A program made the position numbers and the translations under genes. Of a stretch of DNA of 64,000 bases, positions 53,486 through 61,004 are shown one piece after another (position 1 is the first letter of the stretch; every line of letters starts with the position of its first letter). This DNA comes from a virus. Below the pieces are notes generated by a model, which saw nothing but the letters and a program-made list of their open reading frames with translations, did not search any database and had not been told where the DNA came from. The DNA lies in the IMG/VR virus record IMGVR_UViG_3300032294_002823; one strand, given 5' to 3'.

Positions 53486-55032
53486 TTCCTGATAATTATA
53501 AATTTGTTGTTGTAGGCGGCGGGACTGCTGGTTGGTTGTCAGCTCTATTTCTGAAAAAGAATATCCCCAAGGCACACATCACGGTGATTGAAAGTAGTGA
53601 TATCGGTATTCTAGGTGCGGGCGAAGGCACTGTTTGGAATTTCATTGAATTCTTGCAGAGCATTGATATTTCTCCTGGTGATATTGTGTATCATGCCCAA
53701 GGCACATTTAAAAATGGGATTAAGTTCACTAATTGGAACGGCGACGGTGAACATTATTTTCATGGATTTGCCGATCCTAGCGAAGTTACCATTGAACATC
53801 CCAAGATGCCATTCTTTGATTTTTCTTTACCACACTTAGAAGCTCTAGCGGCAGGAAAAAATTTAGATGATGTGAATTTCAGTGCACAAGTTTCTTCTAA
53901 CAATGATGTCAAGTATAAGACAAACGGAAAGAAAACTAGTGATCCCTATGAACATTTCACACAGCTTGGGCATACAGCATTACACTTTGATGCTCGTTTA
54001 TTGGCGCAATATTTAAAGAATGTTGGTGTGTCCCGTGGTATTGAATTGATAGATGCAAAGGTGACATCAGTGGCAGAAGATGTTTCCCATAACATTTCTG
54101 ATATCCAATTAGACAACGGCACAGTACTGCATCCTGATTTCGTGTTCGATTGTTCTGGATTTCATAAATTAATTCTTGGAAAGCATTATCAAGAACAATG
54201 GGAATCATATGAAAACCATCTTCCTGTAAATCGCGCACTTCCATTTTTCTTACCTCGCACGGAAGAAAAAATTCCTCCATACACCGAGGCAATTGCCATG
54301 AAGTATGGCTGGATATGGAAAATCCCTGTGGGTGAACGTTATGGGTGTGGTTATGTGTTTAATGGACGATTAATTACCGATGAACAGGCAAAACAGGAAA
54401 TTGAGGAACTTGTTGGACATGAAATCACTTCACCGAAAACATTCTCCTTCACTCCTGGAGCATTCTATCGTCCTTGGCGACATAATGTTTTGGCGATGGG
54501 ATTGGCAGCAAACTTCATTGAACCTCTGGAAGCCACAAGTATTTGGGTAACAACCATGTCACTTCGTATGTTCGTGAAATATTTTCAAGGATATCTGACG
54601 AAGAATTTTTCACACGTGGATTCATACAACAATGAAGTGCGAAATATTAATCAAGAAATTTGTGCATTCATTTATTTTCATTATCTAACGAAGCGAGATG
54701 ATACAGATTTTTGGAGAAATTTCCGCGTGAATAATACGCCTCCTGAAAAATATCATCTCTTACACACTGAATTAACATCAGGAAGATTTGAACGAAAATA
54801 TTTTGGCGTTTCAAGTTATATGCAGGTGGGTGCGGGCATTAAATATTTTGAACCACTAGAAGCAAATCAAATGTATGAATATCAGCTAGGGATTTTTGGC
54901 GCCGATAAATATAAAAATGATAAGCTATTCAAAAATTTTGAAATGGAGAAGCTCACCACTGAATGTGTTGACCATGCCTTCATTACAGAGTATATCAAGA
55001 AGCGTCACCTTGAGGTGTTAAAAGAATCATGA
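53482..55032 (+). CDS. Flavin-dependent (tryptophan-halogenase-like) halogenase
   Basis: GGGTAGW, GAGEGT, TFKNGI (catalytic Lys position), HFDA, DCSGF, GWIWKIP, FIEPLEATS. Confidence 0.9.
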   Translation: MIPDNYKFVVVGGGTAGWLSALFLKKNIPKAHITVIESSDIGILGAGEGTVWNFIEFLQSIDISPGDIVYHAQGTFKNGIKFTNWNGDGEHYFHGFADPSEVTIEHPKMPFFDFSLPHLEALAAGKNLDDVNFSAQVSSNNDVKYKTNGKKTSDPYEHFTQLGHTALHFDARLLAQYLKNVGVSRGIELIDAKVTSVAEDVSHNISDIQLDNGTVLHPDFVFDCSGFHKLILGKHYQEQWESYENHLPVNRALPFFLPRTEEKIPPYTEAIAMKYGWIWKIPVGERYGCGYVFNGRLITDEQAKQEIEELVGHEITSPKTFSFTPGAFYRPWRHNVLAMGLAANFIEPLEATSIWVTTMSLRMFVKYFQGYLTKNFSHVDSYNNEVRNINQEICAFIYFHYLTKRDDTDFWRNFRVNNTPPEKYHLLHTELTSGRFERKYFGVSSYMQVGAGIKYFEPLEANQMYEYQLGIFGADKYKNDKLFKNFEMEKLTTECVDHAFITEYIKKRHLEVLKES

Positions 55033-55625
55033 AAGTAGAACATGTATTCAACAGAAAAATTGTTCGTTTTCAATGTGATGAAGTGGAGTTTTACACCAAT
55101 GAAAATTTTCTTAATAATTTAAATAGATTGTTCAATCACCCATCAATGCGAGACAACGTTTCGAATGAACAGGTGGGCGATGCCCAAACAACAGTAGGAA
55201 AGAATTTTCTACTTCCTTTGAAGTTGCCCGGTGCGGAAAATCTAGAGCGTTGGATTCATGAACGATTAATGGAAGCAGCACCCCATTTCGTAGACTTCAC
55301 ACCCACCAGTATTCAATTTGTTCGCACATGGACAAATAAAATGTTTCGTGGGTGTGAAGGACAGACACACAATCACAAAGGCCCCAATCACGGCGTTGGT
55401 GTGTTTTATGTGAATATTCCAGAGAATGGAAGTGATTTAGTGTTTGTGCGCGATGGTGTGTACATGACAAAGATTTCAGATTATGCAATAGGTGATGTTG
55501 TATTTGCAGGAACGCGAACCGGTGAATTGGTATTACATGATACAGAAATTTCTCATGCTGTATCTGAACATGATAATGATGAACCAAGAATTTGTATCGT
55601 TGTGGAGTTCACATATATTCCATAA
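55029..55625 (+). CDS. Putative 2OG-Fe(II) oxygenase
   Basis: W.N...HNH...GVFYV...HAV......RI double-stranded beta-helix pattern. Confidence 0.7.
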   Translation: MKVEHVFNRKIVRFQCDEVEFYTNENFLNNLNRLFNHPSMRDNVSNEQVGDAQTTVGKNFLLPLKLPGAENLERWIHERLMEAAPHFVDFTPTSIQFVRTWTNKMFRGCEGQTHNHKGPNHGVGVFYVNIPENGSDLVFVRDGVYMTKISDYAIGDVVFAGTRTGELVLHDTEISHAVSEHDNDEPRICIVVEFTYIP

Positions 55626-55630
55626 CACTA

Positions 55631-55704
55631 GGGGTGGTAGCTCAGTTGGTTAGAGCATCCGACTGTCACTCGGAAGGTCGCGGGTTCGACCCCCGTCCAT
55701 CCCG
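55631..55704 (+). tRNA. tRNA-Asp(GTC)
   Basis: Cloverleaf, loop ctGTCac. Confidence 0.94.
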
Positions 55705-55705
55705 T

Positions 55706-55900
55706 ATGAAAAAAGTTAAAAGTCCTTGTGTCAAACAATGTAAACTCCAAGATGATTATTGTTTTGGTTGTTTCCGGCATATAGATGAAATTGTCAAATG
55801 GAGACACTTGACAAACGAAGAAAAAACTGTTATATTACAAGAGTTGGAACAAAGAAAAATGGCACGGTGGTCTGAACTGGCTGAGGCACCGCTCTCATAA
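55706..55900 (+). CDS. DUF1289-like small Cys-rich (Fe-S/Zn) protein
   Basis: SPCVKQC.....C.GCFR..DEI..W. Confidence 0.8.
   Translation: MKKVKSPCVKQCKLQDDYCFGCFRHIDEIVKWRHLTNEEKTVILQELEQRKMARWSELAEAPLS
55808..55836 (+). promoter_or_regulatory. Promoter for the second tRNA block (inside the DUF1289-like ORF)
   Basis: TTGACA-17 nt-TATATT, 25 nt before tRNA-Met. Confidence 0.72.
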
Positions 55901-55936
55901 GGCGGGTTTATGTGGGTTCAAGTCCCACCCGTGCTA
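55861..55936 (+). tRNA. tRNA-Met(CAT) (elongator; Ile2 not excluded)
   Basis: Cloverleaf, loop ctCATaa; lacks initiator features. Confidence 0.85.
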
Positions 55937-55944
55937 CTAACTTT

Positions 55945-56028
55945 GGGGGTGCCGCAGAGTTGGAGGACTGCAACAGACTGTAAATCTGTCGCCATTAGGC
56001 CTAGTAGGTTCGAATCCTTCCACCCCCA
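55945..56028 (+). tRNA. tRNA-Tyr(GTA)
   Basis: Class II cloverleaf, loop ctGTAaa. Confidence 0.9.
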
Positions 56029-56031
56029 TAC

Positions 56032-56105
56032 CGTCACTTAGCTCAGCTGGTTAGAGCATCCGTCTGATACACGGAAGGTCCGGGGTTCAACTCCCTGAGT
56101 GACGA
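56032..56105 (+). tRNA. tRNA-Ile(GAT)
   Basis: Cloverleaf, loop ctGATac. Confidence 0.92.
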
Positions 56106-56109
56106 CTTT

Positions 56110-56182
56110 GCCCTTGTAGCTCAATTGGAAGAGCAGGAGATTTCTACTCTCTTGGTTGTGGGTTCGAGTCCTGCCAGGGGCG
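56110..56182 (+). tRNA. tRNA-Arg(TCT)
   Basis: Cloverleaf, loop ttTCTac. Confidence 0.9.
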
Positions 56183-56187
56183 CTAAT

Positions 56188-56269
56188 GGAAGGTTCGCAT
56201 AATGGTATTGCAGCTGTCTACTAAACAGCCGACCGAAAGGTTATGTGGGTTCGAATCCCTCACCTTCCG
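56188..56269 (+). tRNA. tRNA-Ser(ACT)
   Basis: Class II body, G discriminator, gctgt-ctACTaa-acagc. Confidence 0.85.
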
Positions 56270-56294
56270 CTTTTTTCAATAGTTAGGAGATGTT

Positions 56295-56966
56295 ATGATT
56301 CTACTTCTTGGCGATATTCATGGTAACACAACACGCCTTCGTTCTGCAATTCAGAAGGCAGTGGAATGTGATGCAACCGCTCTCGTTCAAGTAGGCGATT
56401 TTGGGTTATTTCAAGGTAAACGAAATGAAGGAGAATTTTATGAAATGTGTAAAAATTCTTCAATACCTGTTTACTTCATTGAAGGAAATCATGATGATTG
56501 TAGCCGCTGGGTACGTTATGAAACAGTAACACGGGTATGGCATGATGCCAATTTGTTTTATATACCACGTGGCACGGTTATGGAAATAGATGGGCGCACT
56601 ATCGCCTTCATGGGTGGTGCTGCCAGTATTGATAAAGATATGCGTTTACGTGAAGGTTGGCATTGGGATAAAGAAGAAAATATTTCAGGGCATGAAGTAT
56701 TACGGTTATTTGAAAATGCTGAAGGAAAACAGATTGATGTATTGATTACCCATGATGTTCCTACATCTGTGTGTAAGACACATTTTGATGATAGTGGTAA
56801 ATTATATTTTGGTGTTGGCAAGGATTGGCATGATGTAAATATGGATGTGATTCAACGCATCTGGGACCGTGTGGGTAATCCCATGATTTACTCTGGGCAT
56901 ATGCATCGGTCAGTGATTGGTCCTAACTATCGTATTCTAAATATTGATGAACTATTGGCAATATGA
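56295..56966 (+). CDS. Calcineurin-like metallophosphoesterase
   Basis: GDIHG, VGDFG, EGNHD, GGAASID, ITHD, SGHMH. Confidence 0.9.
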   Translation: MILLLGDIHGNTTRLRSAIQKAVECDATALVQVGDFGLFQGKRNEGEFYEMCKNSSIPVYFIEGNHDDCSRWVRYETVTRVWHDANLFYIPRGTVMEIDGRTIAFMGGAASIDKDMRLREGWHWDKEENISGHEVLRLFENAEGKQIDVLITHDVPTSVCKTHFDDSGKLYFGVGKDWHDVNMDVIQRIWDRVGNPMIYSGHMHRSVIGPNYRILNIDELLAI

Positions 56967-57181
56967 AATTATCTGATGCCAATAATAATGAACAATTAGA
57001 AGTTATAGGATTGGAATCCAATGTGGAATATCTTGAACGATTACACTCATTGGGCATCATAGAGGGGTGTGCAATATGTCCTTTACGCAATCAAGATTCA
57101 ACAATGATTGTGGATGTTCGAGGATGTAGATATGCATTGGGAAAAGAAATTACGGAATGTATTCTTGTTAGGCGCTTATAG
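56963..57181 (+). CDS. FeoA-domain protein
   Basis: RL.SLGI..G.........V.VRG.RYALG...A/T..I.V pattern. Confidence 0.75.
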   Translation: MKLSDANNNEQLEVIGLESNVEYLERLHSLGIIEGCAICPLRNQDSTMIVDVRGCRYALGKEITECILVRRL

Positions 57182-57245
57182 CTCAACTGGATAGAGCATC
57201 TGACTACGGATCAGAAGGTTATAGGTTCGAATCCTTTTAGGCGCA
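57172..57245 (+). tRNA. tRNA-Arg(ACG)
   Basis: Cloverleaf, loop ctACGga. Confidence 0.93.
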
Positions 57246-57246
57246 T

Positions 57247-57429
57247 ATGAAAAAAACAACTGACCAAGAAATAGAGGAAATGCGTTTATCTCTGTTTCTG
57301 TTAAAATTAGAATTAGAAGGATATATTCGTGGTGATTGGTACTACGAATATCACATGACTATTGGTTATAATAAAAAATTTACCGGAAAAAAGATTCTTA
57401 GACTTGACAAAAGTGAAGAAACCGAGTAG
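57247..57429 (+). CDS. Hypothetical protein
   Basis: 60-aa ORF between tRNAs; no clear RBS. Confidence 0.4.
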   Translation: MKKTTDQEIEEMRLSLFLLKLELEGYIRGDWYYEYHMTIGYNKKFTGKKILRLDKSEETE

Positions 57430-57432
57430 ATT
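57404..57432 (+). promoter_or_regulatory. Promoter upstream of tRNA-Pro
   Basis: TTGACA-17 nt-TAGATT. Confidence 0.7.
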
Positions 57433-57441
57433 ACAATCATA

Positions 57442-57514
57442 CGGGATGTAGCTCAATTGGCAGAGCACTCGCTTTGGGAGCGAGGGGTTGCTGGTTCAAG
57501 TCCAGTCATCCCGA
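57442..57514 (+). tRNA. tRNA-Pro(TGG)
   Basis: Cloverleaf, loop ttTGGga. Confidence 0.94.
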
Positions 57515-57530
57515 CTTACAAGGAGAAAAC

Positions 57531-57692
57531 ATGAAAGAAAAAGACAGACTACCAGACATCATTGCAATAATAGCAACAATCATTTTCATTGTATTTGCAT
57601 TTGTCATTTCTGGATCCGTTGGCACCGGCAATGGTGTCAGCGAGTTACAAGGCGGAGACATTCAACACGCCATAGATACAAAACAATACTAA
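57531..57692 (+). CDS. Small single-TM protein
   Basis: RBS AGGAG; IIAIIATIIFIVFAFVI. Confidence 0.65.
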   Translation: MKEKDRLPDIIAIIATIIFIVFAFVISGSVGTGNGVSELQGGDIQHAIDTKQY

Positions 57693-57695
57693 GTT

Positions 57696-57770
57696 GGACG
57701 AGTGGCAGAGAGGCCCAATGCAAGAGTCTGCAAAACTCTAAAGCCGCCGGTTCGAATCCGGCCTCGTCCT
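57696..57770 (+). tRNA. tRNA-Cys(GCA)
   Basis: Cloverleaf, loop ctGCAaa, U discriminator. Confidence 0.92.
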
Positions 57771-57847
57771 TGCTGAACATGGTTCGGCGGTTACACAAGA
57801 TATAACACTCTGTTGTATCGAGAACTCATATATTAAAGGAGTATATA

Positions 57848-58999
57848 ATGAAGCGTATTTTGTTTACAGCAGTTGCAGCACTTTCACTCATGGCATGTCA
57901 GGATAATGTCACCGCCGTGCCCGCATTTGAACCTAAGGTCACAACCATTGTCGTGACGCCTACCGCTTCCCAAGTAGAGGCAGGACGTACTGTCACATTG
58001 ACAGCAGTTGTGAAGGATCAGCGTGATTCTGTCATGACCGGCAAGTCCGTGACCTGGGCATCAAACAACACCTCTGTTGCCACTGTTGCTGCTAATGTAA
58101 TCACGGCAGGAGCAACCACGGCAACTGTTACAGGTGTCACCAAGGGGACAGCAAGCATTGTCGCCTCTGTTGAAGGTAAGGTCACAACGGTTCCCGTATT
58201 CGTAGTTGATCCTACAGTAGCCACGGTCAGTGTCACCGCAACTGTCCCACCCACGTTTTTCGTTGGGCAGACATTACAGGCAACTTCTGTTGCACGGGAC
58301 AGTGGAAACAATGCCCTCACATCATTCACCACGACCTGGACATCAAGCACGCCCACCGTTGCCTCTGTATCTGCAACTGGATTGATTACGGCATTGTCAG
58401 CGGGTACTACTACCATTACAGCCACTACAGGTGGAAAGACAGGTACATTGAACGTTACTGTATCCCTAGTCCCTGTTGCCCGTGTACTTCTCACGTTACC
58501 TAAGCCTGCTCATGTGGGTCGCCCCGCTACACTTGTTGCTGAATTGCGTAACAGCTCAGGTACTGCACTAACTGCTGCGCAGCGTACATTTGGTTGGCAT
58601 AGTAGTGATGAGTCCATTGCCACGATTTCTTCAACAGGCGTACTTACAGGTCTCACCTATGGCACTACCATTGTTACTTGTGTTGTCGAGAACCGAGTCG
58701 GCACACTAGTAGTAAATGTCACGGAAGTGGGTATTGATTACATTGTTGTTTCACCTGATAGTTCAGACCTGAAGGTGGGCGCTACCCGTCAATACACAGC
58801 CACAGCATTTGATGCTGATAGTGTTCCTCTAAGTGTGGCAGCATTGAATGGTCGCCCGTTTGAGTGGACTACTACTAACAGTGCAACAGCACGAGTTTCT
58901 AACATTGGTCTTTTGTTGGGTATCGCCCCAGGAACGACATTCGTTTCAGCATCAATTGGAACAGTTTCCGATAATGCAAAAGTAGTTATTGTTCCATAA
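57848..58999 (+). CDS. Lipoprotein with four bacterial Ig-like (Big_2) domains
   Basis: Lipobox LMA-C; repeated V.W.S....VATV...G..T....G...I.A units. Confidence 0.88.
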   Translation: MKRILFTAVAALSLMACQDNVTAVPAFEPKVTTIVVTPTASQVEAGRTVTLTAVVKDQRDSVMTGKSVTWASNNTSVATVAANVITAGATTATVTGVTKGTASIVASVEGKVTTVPVFVVDPTVATVSVTATVPPTFFVGQTLQATSVARDSGNNALTSFTTTWTSSTPTVASVSATGLITALSAGTTTITATTGGKTGTLNVTVSLVPVARVLLTLPKPAHVGRPATLVAELRNSSGTALTAAQRTFGWHSSDESIATISSTGVLTGLTYGTTIVTCVVENRVGTLVVNVTEVGIDYIVVSPDSSDLKVGATRQYTATAFDADSVPLSVAALNGRPFEWTTTNSATARVSNIGLLLGIAPGTTFVSASIGTVSDNAKVVIVP

Positions 59000-59026
59000 C
59001 ATTTACAGCAGTTTTTAGGAGGAGTT

Positions 59027-59503
59027 ATGAGAAAGCCCATGGATATTGAACATATTATTGAATACATTAATAATCAACCCCCTGAAAGCTGCGTGTATCT
59101 GGGAGCCGACTCAGAACGCTACAACAAAAACGGTCGTTGGATGGCCGACTACACATTGGCTGTGGTCGTCCATCACGGCGGGCGTCATGGATGTAAGATT
59201 TTCGGTGAAGTACAGACTGAAAATGATTACGACCAAAGACAGGATCGTCCTGTTGTACGGCTCATGAATGAAGTATATAAAGTATCAGAATTATATCTGA
59301 AATTGGTTGATGCCCTAGTTGACAGACATGTTGAAATTCACTTGGATATCAATCCAGATGAAGAACATGCAAGTAATGTAGTCATTCAACAGGCCATTGG
59401 ATATATTCGTGGAGTATGTCAAATGACACCAAAAGTGAAGCCTGATGCTTTCGCGGCATCATTTGCCGCTGATAGATTGAAGGAAGTTCTTGTAAATTGT
59501 TAA
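59027..59503 (+). CDS. RNase H-like YkuK-family protein
   Basis: YLGADS, RLMNEV, EIHLDIN, KPDAFAASFAAD. Confidence 0.82.
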   Translation: MRKPMDIEHIIEYINNQPPESCVYLGADSERYNKNGRWMADYTLAVVVHHGGRHGCKIFGEVQTENDYDQRQDRPVVRLMNEVYKVSELYLKLVDALVDRHVEIHLDINPDEEHASNVVIQQAIGYIRGVCQMTPKVKPDAFAASFAADRLKEVLVNC

Positions 59504-59524
59504 ATTAGAACAACTTACGTCATA

Positions 59525-59553
59525 TTGACAAACAACCAGAAAGTGTGTATATT
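59525..59553 (+). promoter_or_regulatory. sigma70-type promoter
   Basis: TTGACA-17 nt-TATATT. Confidence 0.75.
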
Positions 59554-59578
59554 TAAGTAACCTAAAAAAGGAGAACAA

Positions 59579-60424
59579 ATGTACCGTTTCTGGTTGTTGT
59601 TGTTTATTCTAGGATGTTCAGGTGAACGAACGATACTGGCACCAGTATATCCCCTCCCACCGGCTCCCGCGCCCATTTCATATACACACCCGAAATTCAT
59701 CCGCGACACCGTGTGGAATGAGGGTAACGTTGGCATGACGTTGAACTATGAATCAGACCTTGCAACTAACGGTGCTTTTCGTAAATCTTGGACTTATACA
59801 GAAGTTACGGACACTATGGAAGCAGTCCGAAAAGGTTGGAAGGCTCAGCGATTTGAGACACGGGCAGGTGATTGTTATGGTACTGATTGCTCAAGAAATC
59901 CTGTGTTTGAAAGAAATGAGTTTGCTCAGGCACACAATGAGAATCTAGAAGGGGACGAATATTGGTATGCGTGGTCCTTCTACGTTCCTGCTAATATTCC
60001 ACAAGCAGACTGGGTGTACTATGGACAGTTTCAACAACATCATAATTATGATTCCATTTGGATGTTTATGAAACGTGCTGGACAACCTTTCTGTGCCGTC
60101 TTTGATTGGGCACGAAACAAAAATTGGAGTTGCACAAACAAAAATCATCAACTAATAGATGACTATTCATTTGCTGGGCGATGGCATGATATTCTAGTAC
60201 ATGCCAAATGGACTACAAAAAATGACGGATTTACACGGATTTATGTGGATGGAAATTTAGTTGTAGATTATACTGGGTATACTAGAACAGTAGAAAATAG
60301 TGGTGTGTATTTTAAATACGGGATTTATCGGCCTGGTTCTTCCGCTAATACAGTAGTATATTATGATGAAATTCGTCGCGGAAAAACGCGGGAAGCGGTA
60401 GATATTCGACTCTTAGAAAAATAA
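59579..60424 (+). CDS. Polysaccharide-lyase-like (jelly-roll) lipoprotein
   Basis: Lipobox ILG-C; RFE.R.GDC, ERNE, WY.WS.Y.P, GQF, G.W....W...G...YVDG, YFKYGIYR, VYYDE. Confidence 0.75.
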   Translation: MYRFWLLLFILGCSGERTILAPVYPLPPAPAPISYTHPKFIRDTVWNEGNVGMTLNYESDLATNGAFRKSWTYTEVTDTMEAVRKGWKAQRFETRAGDCYGTDCSRNPVFERNEFAQAHNENLEGDEYWYAWSFYVPANIPQADWVYYGQFQQHHNYDSIWMFMKRAGQPFCAVFDWARNKNWSCTNKNHQLIDDYSFAGRWHDILVHAKWTTKNDGFTRIYVDGNLVVDYTGYTRTVENSGVYFKYGIYRPGSSANTVVYYDEIRRGKTREAVDIRLLEK

Positions 60425-60427
60425 GGA

Positions 60428-60498
60428 TATAAATACTTCTGTAGTAAAATTGAACCCTGTGAGTAGTCTTTTTATATAATACTAAACTCACGGGGTTT
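60428..60498 (+). promoter_or_regulatory. Late promoter followed by a leader hairpin
   Basis: TATAAATA 60428-60435; gaaccctgtgagt/actcacggggttt 60452-60498. Confidence 0.55.
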
Positions 60499-60520
60499 CC
60501 CGTACCTATAGGAGAAGAAC

Positions 60521-61003
60521 GTGATGCCTACATTTTTGGGTGTCATTATGTCTGGTTTATTAGTAACATTACCTGTGAATCAACAAAAGGAAATCTTTGT
60601 TGAGAAAGTGGAAAATAAAGTACAAATTGGCGCCATTGCAGGCAACAGAAATTTAGAGTTTGGCGTCAAAAACATTCTAGAAGAAGTATTGTTGGAAAAG
60701 GAGTATGGATTGAATCCTAATGCTCCATTGAAAGTGAAAGTGGACATCATCTATTTGGATGTGTTGACCACAAAGAAAAACATCTCAGTATTTCATAAGA
60801 ATAGTGAAGAAGTCGTTATACGAATGAAAGGTGTATTGACACAAAACGGAAAAAAGATAAAGGAAGTTGTCGTAGAAGAAGGTTCTGCGGAAATCTCCAT
60901 GTCAACACTCATCATTGATAATGGCGGTAAGTTCAATCAAACGAGCTTGAGTAATGCCTTGAAGAAGGCCAGCGTTGCTCTCATCACTAAACTTACGGAG
61001 TAA
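60521..61003 (+). CDS. Secreted protein (CsgG/TolB-N-like alpha/beta candidate)
   Basis: Signal-like N-terminus; AGNRNLEFGVKNILEE...ALKKA. Confidence 0.6.
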   Translation: MMPTFLGVIMSGLLVTLPVNQQKEIFVEKVENKVQIGAIAGNRNLEFGVKNILEEVLLEKEYGLNPNAPLKVKVDIIYLDVLTTKKNISVFHKNSEEVVIRMKGVLTQNGKKIKEVVVEEGSAEISMSTLIIDNGGKFNQTSLSNALKKASVALITKLTE

Positions 61004-61004
61004 T

